From NCBI GenBank assembly GCA_944349515.1, contig CALVNE010000001.1, positions 9,703 through 73,702 on the forward strand: a stretch of DNA of 64,000 nt. The letters run 5' to 3'. The notes beneath the pieces were generated by a model. That model did no database searches. It was not told the origin of the DNA and saw nothing but the letters and a program-made list of their open reading frames with translations. Position 1 is the first letter of the stretch; each line of letters begins with the position of its first letter. This DNA comes from an uncultured Clostridia bacterium (lineage in GTDB: Bacteria > Bacillota > Clostridia > Christensenellales > UBA1242). Shown here in pieces: positions 55,489 through 64,000 of the stretch. The position numbers and the translations under genes were made by a program.

Positions 55489-57550
55489 AAATATTAAAGC
55501 GAACTTCAAACTTTCGCCACATGAGAATAAACTTATGAATGCATTGGTGGTTGAGGATATGAACCTCGACCGCCTTAATCATGTCATAGATGTTATGGCG
55601 GAATATCGTATGCAAAATGAAGTTTTAATGGGCTATCTTCTCTTTCAATTCTATAAGGTGCGCGGAAAGGAAGCAGAGGAGTATGTTAAAGAACTGACGG
55701 TGTCGCAACAAAAACTTTACGAAACCTTTAAACTTCTAAGAAACGTCAACACCATATCCAAAAGTGGAGAGGCGGAGGATATCAAGCGTATGTTTGTGGC
55801 GATTTGTCAGGATATCCGCGTGGTCATCATCAAGTTCGCCACGATTGACTATGACCTCATGCGTATAACCCTTCCAATGGAGGAGGAAACGAAGAAGTTT
55901 GTTAAAATGGTATCCGAGATTTTTTCGCCACTTGCCGAAAGTTTGGGACTTGCCAGATTTAAGTCCTCGTTTGAAGAGAACACCTTTAAACTTTTAGAGC
56001 CAAAGGCGTATAACGAACTTAAAAACAACGCGCTTATGAAAACCGACGACAATATGCGCCAAATGCAGATTGTGGAAAAGAAACTTGTGAAGATTTTAGG
56101 CGAACTTCAAATTGAGGGAGAAATTCAAAAGCGTCAAAAGCACTATTATAGTGTCTATAAGAAGATACAGAAAAAGAATATCACACTTGGCAAGGTGTAT
56201 GACCTTCTCGCCATGCGCGTGCTTGTGCCGAGCGTGGAAGATTGCTACTCGGTGCTTGGCAAAATTCATGCCATATACAAACCAATCCCAGAGCGCGTGA
56301 AGGACTATATCGCAAACCCAAAGCCGAACGGCTATCAAAGTTTGCATACCACAATAATTGCCGACAACAATAGACCGCTGGAAATTCAAATTAGAACCTT
56401 TGAAATGCACAGGCACGCCGAGTATGGTATTGCGGCGCATTGGATATACAAGGAGCGAAGAAAGCAGAATAAATTCGATGCTAAATTTGCCCGCTTTAAA
56501 GAAATTTTGGAACACGCCGACGAACTTCCGCCGGAGGAATTTTTGGAGACCCTTAAAAGCGACCTTTACGGCGAGAGCATTTTTGTGCAAACACCAAAGG
56601 GGAAGGTGCTGGAACTGCCCGTGCATTCCACAATCATCGACTTTGCCTATGCCATACACAGCGAGATAGGCAACAAGTGCGTCGGTGGAAAGATAAACGG
56701 TAAACTCTATCCTATCACCACCGAACTTAAAAACGGCGACACGGTGGAGATTATCACCAACCAAAACAGCAAGGGTCCGTCGCGTGATTGGCTTAAACAC
56801 GTTAAGACCTCCTCGGCGCGCTCAAAAATTCGCACCTTCTTCAAGAGTGAGTTCAAGGAAGAAAATACGCGCATTGGTAAAAATATCTTTGAGCAAGCGT
56901 TGAAGGCGAAAAATTTAAATATCTCCAAGGTGGAGAAGGAAAGATTTTTAGATGAAATCGCCTCCTCGCTTATGATGGAAACGCCGGAGATGTTATACGC
57001 CGAAATCGGAGGCGGAACGCTTCAAGTGACATCGGTCATCGGCAGGCTGACAAATTTATATTACAAAGAAAAGGCGAAAGAGGTCACCGAAGAGAAGGTT
57101 ATTGAGGTTAAAAAGGATAAGGACGGCGTGCTTGTCGACGGCGACAGCGGACTACTTATTCGTTTCGCCGGCTGTTGTTCGCCGGTTATGGGTGATGAGA
57201 TTATCGGCTACATTTCGCGCGGACGCGGAGTGACCATACATAGAAAGGAATGCCCGAACATCAAATACCTTGAAAGCGAGAGGCTGATTTCCGCCAAGTG
57301 GGAGCAAAACGCCGGCTCGAAATTTTATGCGACAATCAAAGTTGTATCGAGCGACGATAAGACGAGCGATTATATCAACAACGTGGCGCGCAATTTGAAA
57401 CTTAATCTTAAAGGCTTTTCCTTTAAAAGGGTGAAAAATGACGTCATTTTTGATATTGTGGTTGAGGTTAGCAATAAGGACGAAATTGACAGCGCGATAA
57501 GAACATTTGAAAGCGTGAAGGGTGTGGAAAAAGTGTATAGGAGTGAGTGA
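55469..57550 (+). CDS. relA: RelA/SpoT-family (p)ppGpp synthetase with degenerate hydrolase domain
   Basis: Synthetase YDLLAMRVLV...YIANPKPNGYQSLHTTI...EIQIRTFEMH. TGS (IFVQTPKGKVLELP) and ACT-like C-terminus. The hydrolase HD and ADRLHN motifs are not conserved. Confidence 0.85.
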   Translation: MREKIIENIKANFKLSPHENKLMNALVVEDMNLDRLNHVIDVMAEYRMQNEVLMGYLLFQFYKVRGKEAEEYVKELTVSQQKLYETFKLLRNVNTISKSGEAEDIKRMFVAICQDIRVVIIKFATIDYDLMRITLPMEEETKKFVKMVSEIFSPLAESLGLARFKSSFEENTFKLLEPKAYNELKNNALMKTDDNMRQMQIVEKKLVKILGELQIEGEIQKRQKHYYSVYKKIQKKNITLGKVYDLLAMRVLVPSVEDCYSVLGKIHAIYKPIPERVKDYIANPKPNGYQSLHTTIIADNNRPLEIQIRTFEMHRHAEYGIAAHWIYKERRKQNKFDAKFARFKEILEHADELPPEEFLETLKSDLYGESIFVQTPKGKVLELPVHSTIIDFAYAIHSEIGNKCVGGKINGKLYPITTELKNGDTVEIITNQNSKGPSRDWLKHVKTSSARSKIRTFFKSEFKEENTRIGKNIFEQALKAKNLNISKVEKERFLDEIASSLMMETPEMLYAEIGGGTLQVTSVIGRLTNLYYKEKAKEVTEEKVIEVKKDKDGVLVDGDSGLLIRFAGCCSPVMGDEIIGYISRGRGVTIHRKECPNIKYLESERLISAKWEQNAGSKFYATIKVVSSDDKTSDYINNVARNLKLNLKGFSFKRVKNDVIFDIVVEVSNKDEIDSAIRTFESVKGVEKVYRSE

Positions 57551-58959
57551 TGAAGATTGTTTGCCAGAGTGAAACTTTTCAAAATGATATGCAGGACCTT
57601 GTCAATTTTTTTGACCCGGAAGATGCTTTTCCTTTTTCCATATATCACAGCGATATAGTTCTGGATAGCACGCTGACCAGTAAAATTGAAGTGACGGCGA
57701 ACGGCGAAAAGAAGGAGTATGTGAAATTTTTCAACATACCGGTGGGACTGAGCGCGCTGAGAGAGAAAAGTGTGGTGAAAAGTTTTTTCAAAAACCACCT
57801 CTACCAAGTGCTAAGTTCGCTGACGAAAAAAGTGTTGCCGTGGGGGTCGCTCACCGGCGTTAGGCCATGTAAGTTTATGCGAGAAATGGTGGAGCGCGGG
57901 GAAATTAAGGAGCATATTGTGCCGGAAGTTCTCATGAAGGAGTACTTCGTCAGCGAAGATAAGGCAAAACTCGTCTATGAAATTATGAAGCACCAAAAGT
58001 GCATAATCAAAAACGACAAACTTGTCGACCTATTCATCAACATTCCAATTTGCCCAACGCGGTGCAACTATTGCTCCTTCATCTCAAACGAACTATGTAA
58101 AGTGGCGGGCAAAGTGGAAGCGTATTTAGACTGTCTTTTAAAGGAACTAAGTGCGGTTAAAAATTTGATTGCGGAAAAGTCTTATATTGTGCGCACGATT
58201 TACATCGGAGGAGGAACGCCAACGGTGCTGACCGCAAAGCAACTCGACAGGCTCCTTGGCGAAATTAATTATCCGGTTAGTGAGTTTACCGTCGAGTGCG
58301 GGCGTGCGGACACTATAACGCGGGAAAAATTAGAGGTTTTAAAGAAACATAACGTCAACCGAATTTCGATCAATCCGCAGACCTTTTGTGAAAGCACGCT
58401 GAAAAGGATAGGCAGAAAACAGACCAACAAGCAGATATTTGAGGCGTATATGCTGGCAATGGAGTACGACTTTATCGTCAATATGGATATGATTGCGGGG
58501 CTTCCGGGCGAGAAATTGGGTATCTTTAAACGCTCGATAAACACGCTCTTAGAACTTTCACCGCAGAATATCACCGTTCACACCTTAACAATAAAGAACG
58601 GCGCGCCGCTCAAAGAGGACAAGTCTCAGGTCTTTGAGCGTGATGTGCCGAAAATGGTCGATTACGCTGAAAAGGTTTTGCAAGAAAATGGATATAAACC
58701 ATATTACATCTATCGCCAAAAGCACCAAATTGGTGGGCTGGAAAATGTGGGATATTTTAGAGATGGTCATGTGTGCATCTTTAATATCGACAGCATGGAG
58801 GACGTTTCGTCGATAATCGGCGTCGGTGCTGGTGCGATAAGTAAGCGTGTATATAACCTAGAAAATCGGCTGGAGCGTCAGCCGAATTGCAAGTTTATAG
58901 AGGACTACATCTCGCGCATTGATGAGATGGTGGAGAAGAAAATAAAATTCTTTTCATAG
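57550..58959 (+). CDS. hemZ: Radical-SAM coproporphyrinogen dehydrogenase-like protein (HemZ/HemN family)
   Basis: CPTRCNYCSF (CxxxCxxC). N-terminal extension typical of HemZ. ATGA overlap with the relA stop. Confidence 0.7.
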   Translation: MKIVCQSETFQNDMQDLVNFFDPEDAFPFSIYHSDIVLDSTLTSKIEVTANGEKKEYVKFFNIPVGLSALREKSVVKSFFKNHLYQVLSSLTKKVLPWGSLTGVRPCKFMREMVERGEIKEHIVPEVLMKEYFVSEDKAKLVYEIMKHQKCIIKNDKLVDLFINIPICPTRCNYCSFISNELCKVAGKVEAYLDCLLKELSAVKNLIAEKSYIVRTIYIGGGTPTVLTAKQLDRLLGEINYPVSEFTVECGRADTITREKLEVLKKHNVNRISINPQTFCESTLKRIGRKQTNKQIFEAYMLAMEYDFIVNMDMIAGLPGEKLGIFKRSINTLLELSPQNITVHTLTIKNGAPLKEDKSQVFERDVPKMVDYAEKVLQENGYKPYYIYRQKHQIGGLENVGYFRDGHVCIFNIDSMEDVSSIIGVGAGAISKRVYNLENRLERQPNCKFIEDYISRIDEMVEKKIKFFS

Positions 58960-59231
58960 AAAATGGTGTTTGAAGAAACAAAATTTGTCATTCTAAAAAA
59001 TTTGTTCAAAATATGTGCTATTAAAAATTTTAAAATGTATGTCAAGTGGTGAAAATTGCAAAAAATGCACTTTTTATCACTTTTTTTCTAAAATTTTGAC
59101 GAATTTCAGCGGTTTTTTGATTTTTATAGGTTTTTAAAATTAAAATTAATTGCTACTTTTAGGTGAAAAATTTAGAAAAAAAATAAATTTTATAGCAAAA
59201 AAATGATAATTCTTTTCACAATAAAATTTAG

Positions 59232-59272
59232 ACAAAAAGAGTGGAAAAAATCCTCTTTTTGTTATTTTTTTT
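59232..59272 (+). terminator. Rho-independent terminator upstream of spoIIGA
   Basis: ACAAAAAGAG / CTCTTTTTGT 10-bp stem, then a T-tract. It overlaps the GTG start proposed in the ORF track. Confidence 0.6.
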
Positions 59273-59321
59273 AACGGCTTTTAGGGTATGTTTGAAATAT
59301 CATATTTATAACGAGGGCGAA

Positions 59322-60113
59322 ATGGAAATAATTATTGAATATGTCTTAATTCAAAATATTCTAGTCGATATGATGATATTCAAAACTACGGCTGCTATTT
59401 TAAAAATTAAAGGAAGGTTCTTCTTTTTGATATCGGTGTTCGCGTCAGTGTTTGCGCTAATTCTACCGCTGTTTCATATAAACGGCGCGCCGGCATTTTT
59501 AATTAAAATATGCTCTGGCGTGCTACTTGTTAACCTCGCTTTCAAATTTTCCTCGTTTAAATCGCTTGTAAAAATTTTCCTAGTTTTTCTTCTTACCACC
59601 TTTCTTTACGGTGGGGTTGCGAGTTTTATCACGCAAACCTTTGGCGAAGTGACGACGCTTGTTACCTTAGCTGTTGTTACAATTTCCTACTTTGTTGTGA
59701 GTTATCTTATAAAGTTTCTTTCTAAGCGAAAAGCAGTCCAAAATCTATGTTATGATGTTGAACTGGAAGTTGAAGGTAAGCGTGTCAGGTGCAGGGGGTT
59801 TTTAGATACCGGCAATTTTTTAGTTGACCCGCTGACCAATAGACCTGTTTCAATAATTGATTTAAGTCTTTTCAGTAAAATTTTTGGACAGGAAAAGACG
59901 ATTGAACTATTGACAAAAAAGGTGGATGTTTCAAAGTTTGCGTCGGGGCATTTTATTAAGATTGACACGGTTGGCAAAGGTGACAAAGTTTTGGCATTTG
60001 AAATTGATAGGATGTTGTTGAGTGGAAAGGAGATTGTTGACAAACCTATGCTGGCGTTAAGTTATAAAAATTTCTCGTCATATGAAATGATTTTGAATAG
60101 TTCTTTTGTTTAA
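59322..60113 (+). CDS. spoIIGA: Sigma-E processing peptidase SpoIIGA
   Basis: Multiple N-terminal TM helices. Aspartic-protease motif GFLDTGNFLVDPLT. Lies directly upstream of sigE. GAGGG RBS before the ATG at 59322. Confidence 0.85.
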   Translation: MEIIIEYVLIQNILVDMMIFKTTAAILKIKGRFFFLISVFASVFALILPLFHINGAPAFLIKICSGVLLVNLAFKFSSFKSLVKIFLVFLLTTFLYGGVASFITQTFGEVTTLVTLAVVTISYFVVSYLIKFLSKRKAVQNLCYDVELEVEGKRVRCRGFLDTGNFLVDPLTNRPVSIIDLSLFSKIFGQEKTIELLTKKVDVSKFASGHFIKIDTVGKGDKVLAFEIDRMLLSGKEIVDKPMLALSYKNFSSYEMILNSSFV

Positions 60114-60211
60114 TTGTTTGCACGGCTAAAATATTAAAATTTGTAAAATAGGCCAAAAATTAGAAAAAAATTAGAAAAAAGTGAAAAAAATCGCGTTTTT
60201 TGGAGGTTTTT

Positions 60212-60940
60212 ATGACGATTTTAGAAAAAATCAAATTATTTTTATTTAAACTAATTCATAGAGAGGAGTGGCGAGAAGCGCAAAATTTTGTCTTTTATAT
60301 CAATGGCAAAGAGGCGCTTCCAGAACCGCTTGACAGCGAGGAGGAACTTGTGCTTTTGGAAGAGATAGCGCGGGGAAGTACGGTGGCGCGCGATAGACTC
60401 ATTGAGCACAACATTAGGCTTGTGGTGTATATCGCGAAAAAGTTTGATAACAGCGGTATGGAACTTGACGACCTAATCTCTATCGGTGCGATTGGGCTAA
60501 TCAAAGCGGTGAAAACCTATAGTTTAGATAAAAACATCAAACTTGCCACATATGCCAGCCGTTGTATTGAAAATGAAATTTTGATGCAATTAAGAAAGAA
60601 CACGCGAATCAAAAACGAGGTCAGTCTCGACGAACCTCTCTCGTCAGACGGCGAAGGGAACGAACTACTCCTTGCGGACATCATTCCGGTAGAGGAGGAT
60701 AGTGTGTCTAAGGGCGTGGAGACAAGTTCGGACAAGCAAATTCTTTTCAACGTGATAAGAAAGTTGGACGTGCGCGAGCAGAAGATTATGATATATCGTT
60801 TCGGTTTGAACGGCGAGGAGGAAAAGACGCAAAAGGAAGTGGCTGACATGATGGGGATAAGTCAAAGTTACATCTCGCGCATTGAAAAGAAGATATTAAA
60901 TAAGATAAAGCGGAAACTTGAAAAGGAAGAAATTATTTAG
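60212..60940 (+). CDS. sigE: Sporulation sigma factor SigE (pro-sigma-E)
   Basis: Pro-sequence, then YINGKEALPEPL. Region 2 IEHNIRLVVYIAKKF and region 4 QKEVADMMGISQSYISRIEKK. GGAGG RBS before the ATG at 60212. Confidence 0.9.
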   Translation: MTILEKIKLFLFKLIHREEWREAQNFVFYINGKEALPEPLDSEEELVLLEEIARGSTVARDRLIEHNIRLVVYIAKKFDNSGMELDDLISIGAIGLIKAVKTYSLDKNIKLATYASRCIENEILMQLRKNTRIKNEVSLDEPLSSDGEGNELLLADIIPVEEDSVSKGVETSSDKQILFNVIRKLDVREQKIMIYRFGLNGEEEKTQKEVADMMGISQSYISRIEKKILNKIKRKLEKEEII

Positions 60941-61260
60941 ATTTAGTTAGTTTATTTAAAAGTGGGTTGGGCAATAGTTTAAAATGGCAAGTTGGTAAAT
61001 TCAAAATGTTAAGTTGGATGATTTAAAGTGGTGATTTGTGAGGTGTAGAATTGCAGGAAGTGAGAATAATGAAGTTGTAAGTGGAATGATTTAAAGTTGG
61101 TGGAAAAAATAATTTATTATGCTCACGCTAAAAGAAGAGAGTTAAAGCGAGGCGATAAAACGATATAATTTTATGACGCTTAAAATTGCAAGGAGAAAAA
61201 AATTCGGGAATTTTAAAATAACGAAAAATTATATAGTTAAATTAAAAATATGGATACGCT

Positions 61261-61289
61261 TTGACAAATTGAGGGAAAGGTGGTATAAT
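61261..61289 (+). promoter_or_regulatory. Consensus sigma-A promoter
   Basis: TTGACA, 17-nt spacer, TATAAT, all perfect. GAGGTG RBS and the ATG at 61308 follow. Confidence 0.75.
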
Positions 61290-61307
61290 AAGCGCGCGAG
61301 GTGAAAA

Positions 61308-61532
61308 ATGAAAAAACAAAAAGAAGAATTGATAAACAAAGATATGACCATTGGCGAGGTGCTGGAAATCGACGACAATTTGGCAGACGTCTTTATGGGC
61401 TTTGGTATGCACTGCATTTCTTGCCCTGTCAGCCAAATGGAAACGGTGGAAGAGGCGTGCCTTGTGCATGGGCTGGAATGTGACTTTGTTTTGAAAAAAC
61501 TAAATGAGAATGTGAAGAAAAAATCAAAATAA
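61308..61532 (+). CDS. DUF1858-like small redox/disulfide-domain protein
   Basis: TIGEVLEIDDNLADVFMGFGMHCISCP...ETVEEAC pattern. Confidence 0.6.
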   Translation: MKKQKEELINKDMTIGEVLEIDDNLADVFMGFGMHCISCPVSQMETVEEACLVHGLECDFVLKKLNENVKKKSK

Positions 61533-61602
61533 TTTAAACTTTCAAGTGATTTAAAATTTAATACTCAAAAATTCTAATTCCAATAAAAATCAAAAAACGA
61601 CA

Positions 61603-61639
61603 AAAAAATCGCAAAAAATCACAAAAATTGCGATTTTTT
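61603..61639. terminator. Bidirectional terminator hairpin
   Basis: AAAAAATCGCAA / TTGCGATTTTTT arms. Confidence 0.6.
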
Positions 61640-61829
61640 CTTTATTTTTTATAAATTTTGCTTATTTTGGTGTTTTTATTTTATAATTTTATTATTGTTC
61701 AATTTAAATGTTAAAAAATTAATTCTGTTCGTTTTAATCTATCTTTTCCTTTTTGCAAAAAGTGTCTAATTTTGTTATATAATTCTAAAAATTCAATCAC
61801 AACATAACTATATATCAAGGAGTTTTGTT

Positions 61830-62486
61830 GTGGAAAATATTTCAAAAAAGGTCATTTCGATAAGTGATAAAAAGTGCGTGGGATATGTGCTTAAACCATA
61901 TATAGATTTCAAATTTTTGAAAAAGACGGGGTATATTGTTGTTGACGAGGAAAGCGAGCAGGAGTATTTTCTTTCCTATTCGAATATTAAGAAAATAGAT
62001 GACTGCGTGCTTATTGAAAGTGCGGGGCTTTTGGAGTATGTGGGCGAAAGTGGTGAGTTTAGAAAGAAGGTGCTTTCGGTGAGTGGCGAGGATTTTGGGC
62101 GAGTTAAGGAATATGTTTTTCAGCGCCGTTTGTTAAAAAAGATAGTTACTGATAGGTGCGAGATAAGCGCTCGATTTATCTCTGATGTTGGCGAAGATAT
62201 CCTCTTTTTGTCCTTTCAAAAAAAGAAGAAGAGTTTTCCTAGAGCAAAGAAGGAGGATATGATTGTGAAAATAATGGAAGAAAAGGTGGGGGATAAAAGA
62301 GAAGTGACGCTTCCGGCTGTTGTCAATCTTTCACCAACGTACTATATAAACAAGGTGGCGTTTAAAACCCTTTTGGGGCAAAATAATGAGGTGGTGGTCA
62401 AGGAAGGCGCTAAAATTACTAAGCAGATTTTTGAAAAAGCAAAAAGGCATAACCGCGTCAACGAACTGTTTTTTATCATTAAATAA
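61830..62486 (+). CDS. Hypothetical protein, possibly PRC-barrel (YlmC/YmxH-like) repeat protein
   Basis: GTG start after AGGAG. The CVGYVLKPYIDF...GYIVVDEE pattern resembles PRC-barrel sporulation proteins. Weak call. Confidence 0.35.
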   Translation: MENISKKVISISDKKCVGYVLKPYIDFKFLKKTGYIVVDEESEQEYFLSYSNIKKIDDCVLIESAGLLEYVGESGEFRKKVLSVSGEDFGRVKEYVFQRRLLKKIVTDRCEISARFISDVGEDILFLSFQKKKKSFPRAKKEDMIVKIMEEKVGDKREVTLPAVVNLSPTYYINKVAFKTLLGQNNEVVVKEGAKITKQIFEKAKRHNRVNELFFIIK

Positions 62487-62956
62487 AACGGCTAAGGTTA
62501 GTAATATTTGAAACTAGCAGAATAAACACCAAAAGGGAGTTATACTTTTCACTAGCAAAGCTACTTTTTAATCAGTTTGAAAAATTACAGACTAAGGTCA
62601 GGTGGTTGGTATTAGAAAATCTTTAAAATCAAAAAATAACAAAAAACGCCATAAAAATGTAAAAAAATTGAAAAATGTCCTATTTTTTTTGATTTTTGCT
62701 AGATTTTTCGACAAAAAAGAATTTTTAAAGGGGATAAAAATTAAGTAAAACAATTTGAAATAATTTAAATTTTTTGAACAAATTTTAGTGACTAAAAATG
62801 CGAAGGTTTGCTCATAAAAATGGGCGGTTGAAATTTATAAAATCTATGCGATTAAATTTTATAAAAATTTTCGCGTTTTTTATTTTATTTATTTGTATTT
62901 TTGATTTAATTTGTAGTATCATAAATATATAAATTTGTCGCTAAAAGGGGAGAAAC

Positions 62957-64000
62957 ATGGTAAGATTAATTCCGAGAAAAACTAAGGTTAAGTTTGAATT
63001 TTTCCGAGGAGTGACGGGGCTTGATGTTTTACTTGGCGCCATTTTTCTTGCGATAGCAATTGTTCTCTTCACGGCAAACTTTCCGTATCACGCGTGGATT
63101 GGCCTTGCGTGGGTGATTGTGGCGGTTTCTTTGTTTTTTAAATTTGCCGACGATGTTAGGTTCTACACAACGCTGGTTTACCTTTTGAAGTTTTCGGTGC
63201 AGAAGAAAAAATTTGTGAACGATAGCGAAAATAAAAAAGGCGATATAAACACCATTTTGCCTTACAACGGCGTGGTGCAAGATAGATACATAGACTTTGG
63301 TATATATTACGGCATGGTGCTTGAGGTGCAACCAATGTTCTTCACCCTCTTGACCGAAAATTTTCAGGACAATGTTATTGAAAGTTTCGCCAATGCGCTT
63401 AGGCGTTTGAATAACGACCAAACTTGCTCCATTGTGAAAATCAGAAAGCCGATGGTGCTGGATAACTATATCTACAACGAAAATAAGAAATACGACACGC
63501 TTTACGATATGCAGTATGACGGGCAGATAACCGAGGCGGAGATTGACGCGCGTGCGCCAATTTTTGAGGAGAGGGTGTCTTACTTTGAGTTCATCAATCG
63601 CCAACAAAAAATTTATAAGGATTATTTCTACATCGTTGTTTATGACCGCGATAGAGAACTGCTTGAAAACACCGTAAGTGGTATGATGACGGCGCTGGCA
63701 ACCTCGCTTAACCCGATTACTTCCAAAATCTTAACCGGCAAGGACCTCTATGTCTTTTTAAAAGCCAACCTTGGCAAGGAATTTGACGAAAGAGATTTGG
63801 ATATCATGCCTTTTAATAGGTATAAAGATTGGATAAAGCCGTCTAAAATCAAATTTAATATCGCCAAATTCTACGTGGATAAGGACTGCTACCGAGTGTA
63901 TAACCTTATTGATTATCCTATTCAAGTGGGGAACGCTTGGGCGGCGTCTTTCTTCCTTTTAGATAGAACAAAGGTGGTTATGAAGTTTAACCCTATGCCG
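62957..64000 (+). CDS. Partial ORF running off the window (not in the track): two N-terminal TM helices, then a VirB4/TraE-like N-terminal region
   Basis: GGGGAGA RBS and ATG at 62957. Open for 348 codons to base 64000. FYVDKDCYRVYNLIDYPIQVGNAWAASFF resembles conjugative ATPase N-domains. No Walker A within the window. Confidence 0.6.
   Translation, partial: MVRLIPRKTKVKFEFFRGVTGLDVLLGAIFLAIAIVLFTANFPYHAWIGLAWVIVAVSLFFKFADDVRFYTTLVYLLKFSVQKKKFVNDSENKKGDINTILPYNGVVQDRYIDFGIYYGMVLEVQPMFFTLLTENFQDNVIESFANALRRLNNDQTCSIVKIRKPMVLDNYIYNENKKYDTLYDMQYDGQITEAEIDARAPIFEERVSYFEFINRQQKIYKDYFYIVVYDRDRELLENTVSGMMTALATSLNPITSKILTGKDLYVFLKANLGKEFDERDLDIMPFNRYKDWIKPSKIKFNIAKFYVDKDCYRVYNLIDYPIQVGNAWAASFFLLDRTKVVMKFNPMP

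Noticed and set aside
56096-56800. 234-aa minus-strand ORF and other ORFs overlapping relA (56112, 56358, 56707)
   Set aside because: They lie inside a gene with unmistakable RelA/SpoT synthetase and TGS motifs. Long antisense ORFs are expected in this more GC-rich host region.
59097-59103. Spo0A-box-like TGACGAA upstream of spoIIGA
   Set aside because: It is a single 7-mer match about 220 nt from the start codon, with a terminator hairpin in between. This is insufficient evidence for a functional 0A box.
63029-63607. 192-aa minus-strand ORF in the supplied track
   Set aside because: It is fully contained in, and antisense to, a longer plus-strand ORF (62957 to window end) that has an RBS, TM helices and a recognisable domain pattern.
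1-64000. Alternative genetic code (TGA=Trp, as in Mollicutes), considered because of the very low GC content
   Set aside because: Long ORFs with recognisable motifs terminate cleanly at TGA as well as TAA/TAG (for example relA at 57548-57550). No conserved domain is interrupted by in-frame TGA.

Overview
Low-GC chromosome segment from an endospore-forming Firmicute (spoIIGA-sigE are present). By eye it has three compositional blocks. (1) 1-18.9 kb is a very AT-rich accessory island. It holds orphan phage tail-fibre-like genes (the first ORF is cut by the window edge). It also holds a 1,878-aa RHS/YD toxin with a glycine-zipper membrane-type C-terminus, followed by a membrane immunity-like gene. 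An ArpU/sigma-region-4-like regulator, an XRE/ImmA/XRE regulatory module and a LexA-like repressor with a Zn-ribbon protein are also here. The main hunt result lies between the XRE/ImmA module and the LexA-like repressor. It is a 4-gene cluster of an AddB/Cas4-like Fe-S nuclease, a UvrD-like helicase, a DndC-like PAPS-reductase with a ferredoxin domain, and a cysteine desulfurase. I read this cluster as a candidate undescribed DNA sulfur-modification/restriction (defence) system. (2) About 18.9-52.4 kb is an HK97-type siphovirus-like prophage. Its parts are a SNF2/primase/VRR-NUC replication module, an HNH + terS ... terL packaging module, portal, protease, capsid, tail genes with a -1 frameshift chaperone, a holin, and two tandem large serine recombinases at the right end. 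terS and terL are separated by about 7 kb of cargo: Dcm methylase, amidoligase, GGCT, MetK, a PIN-like protein and a ParB-methylase. No endolysin is recognisable. (3) 52.4-64 kb is host DNA: tRNA-Leu(CAA), recJ, a relA-like gene with a degenerate hydrolase domain, hemZ-like, spoIIGA, sigE, a DUF1858-like gene, a PRC-barrel-like gene and an unlisted partial ORF running off the window. All function calls come from motifs read in the translated ORFs. No database search was possible.
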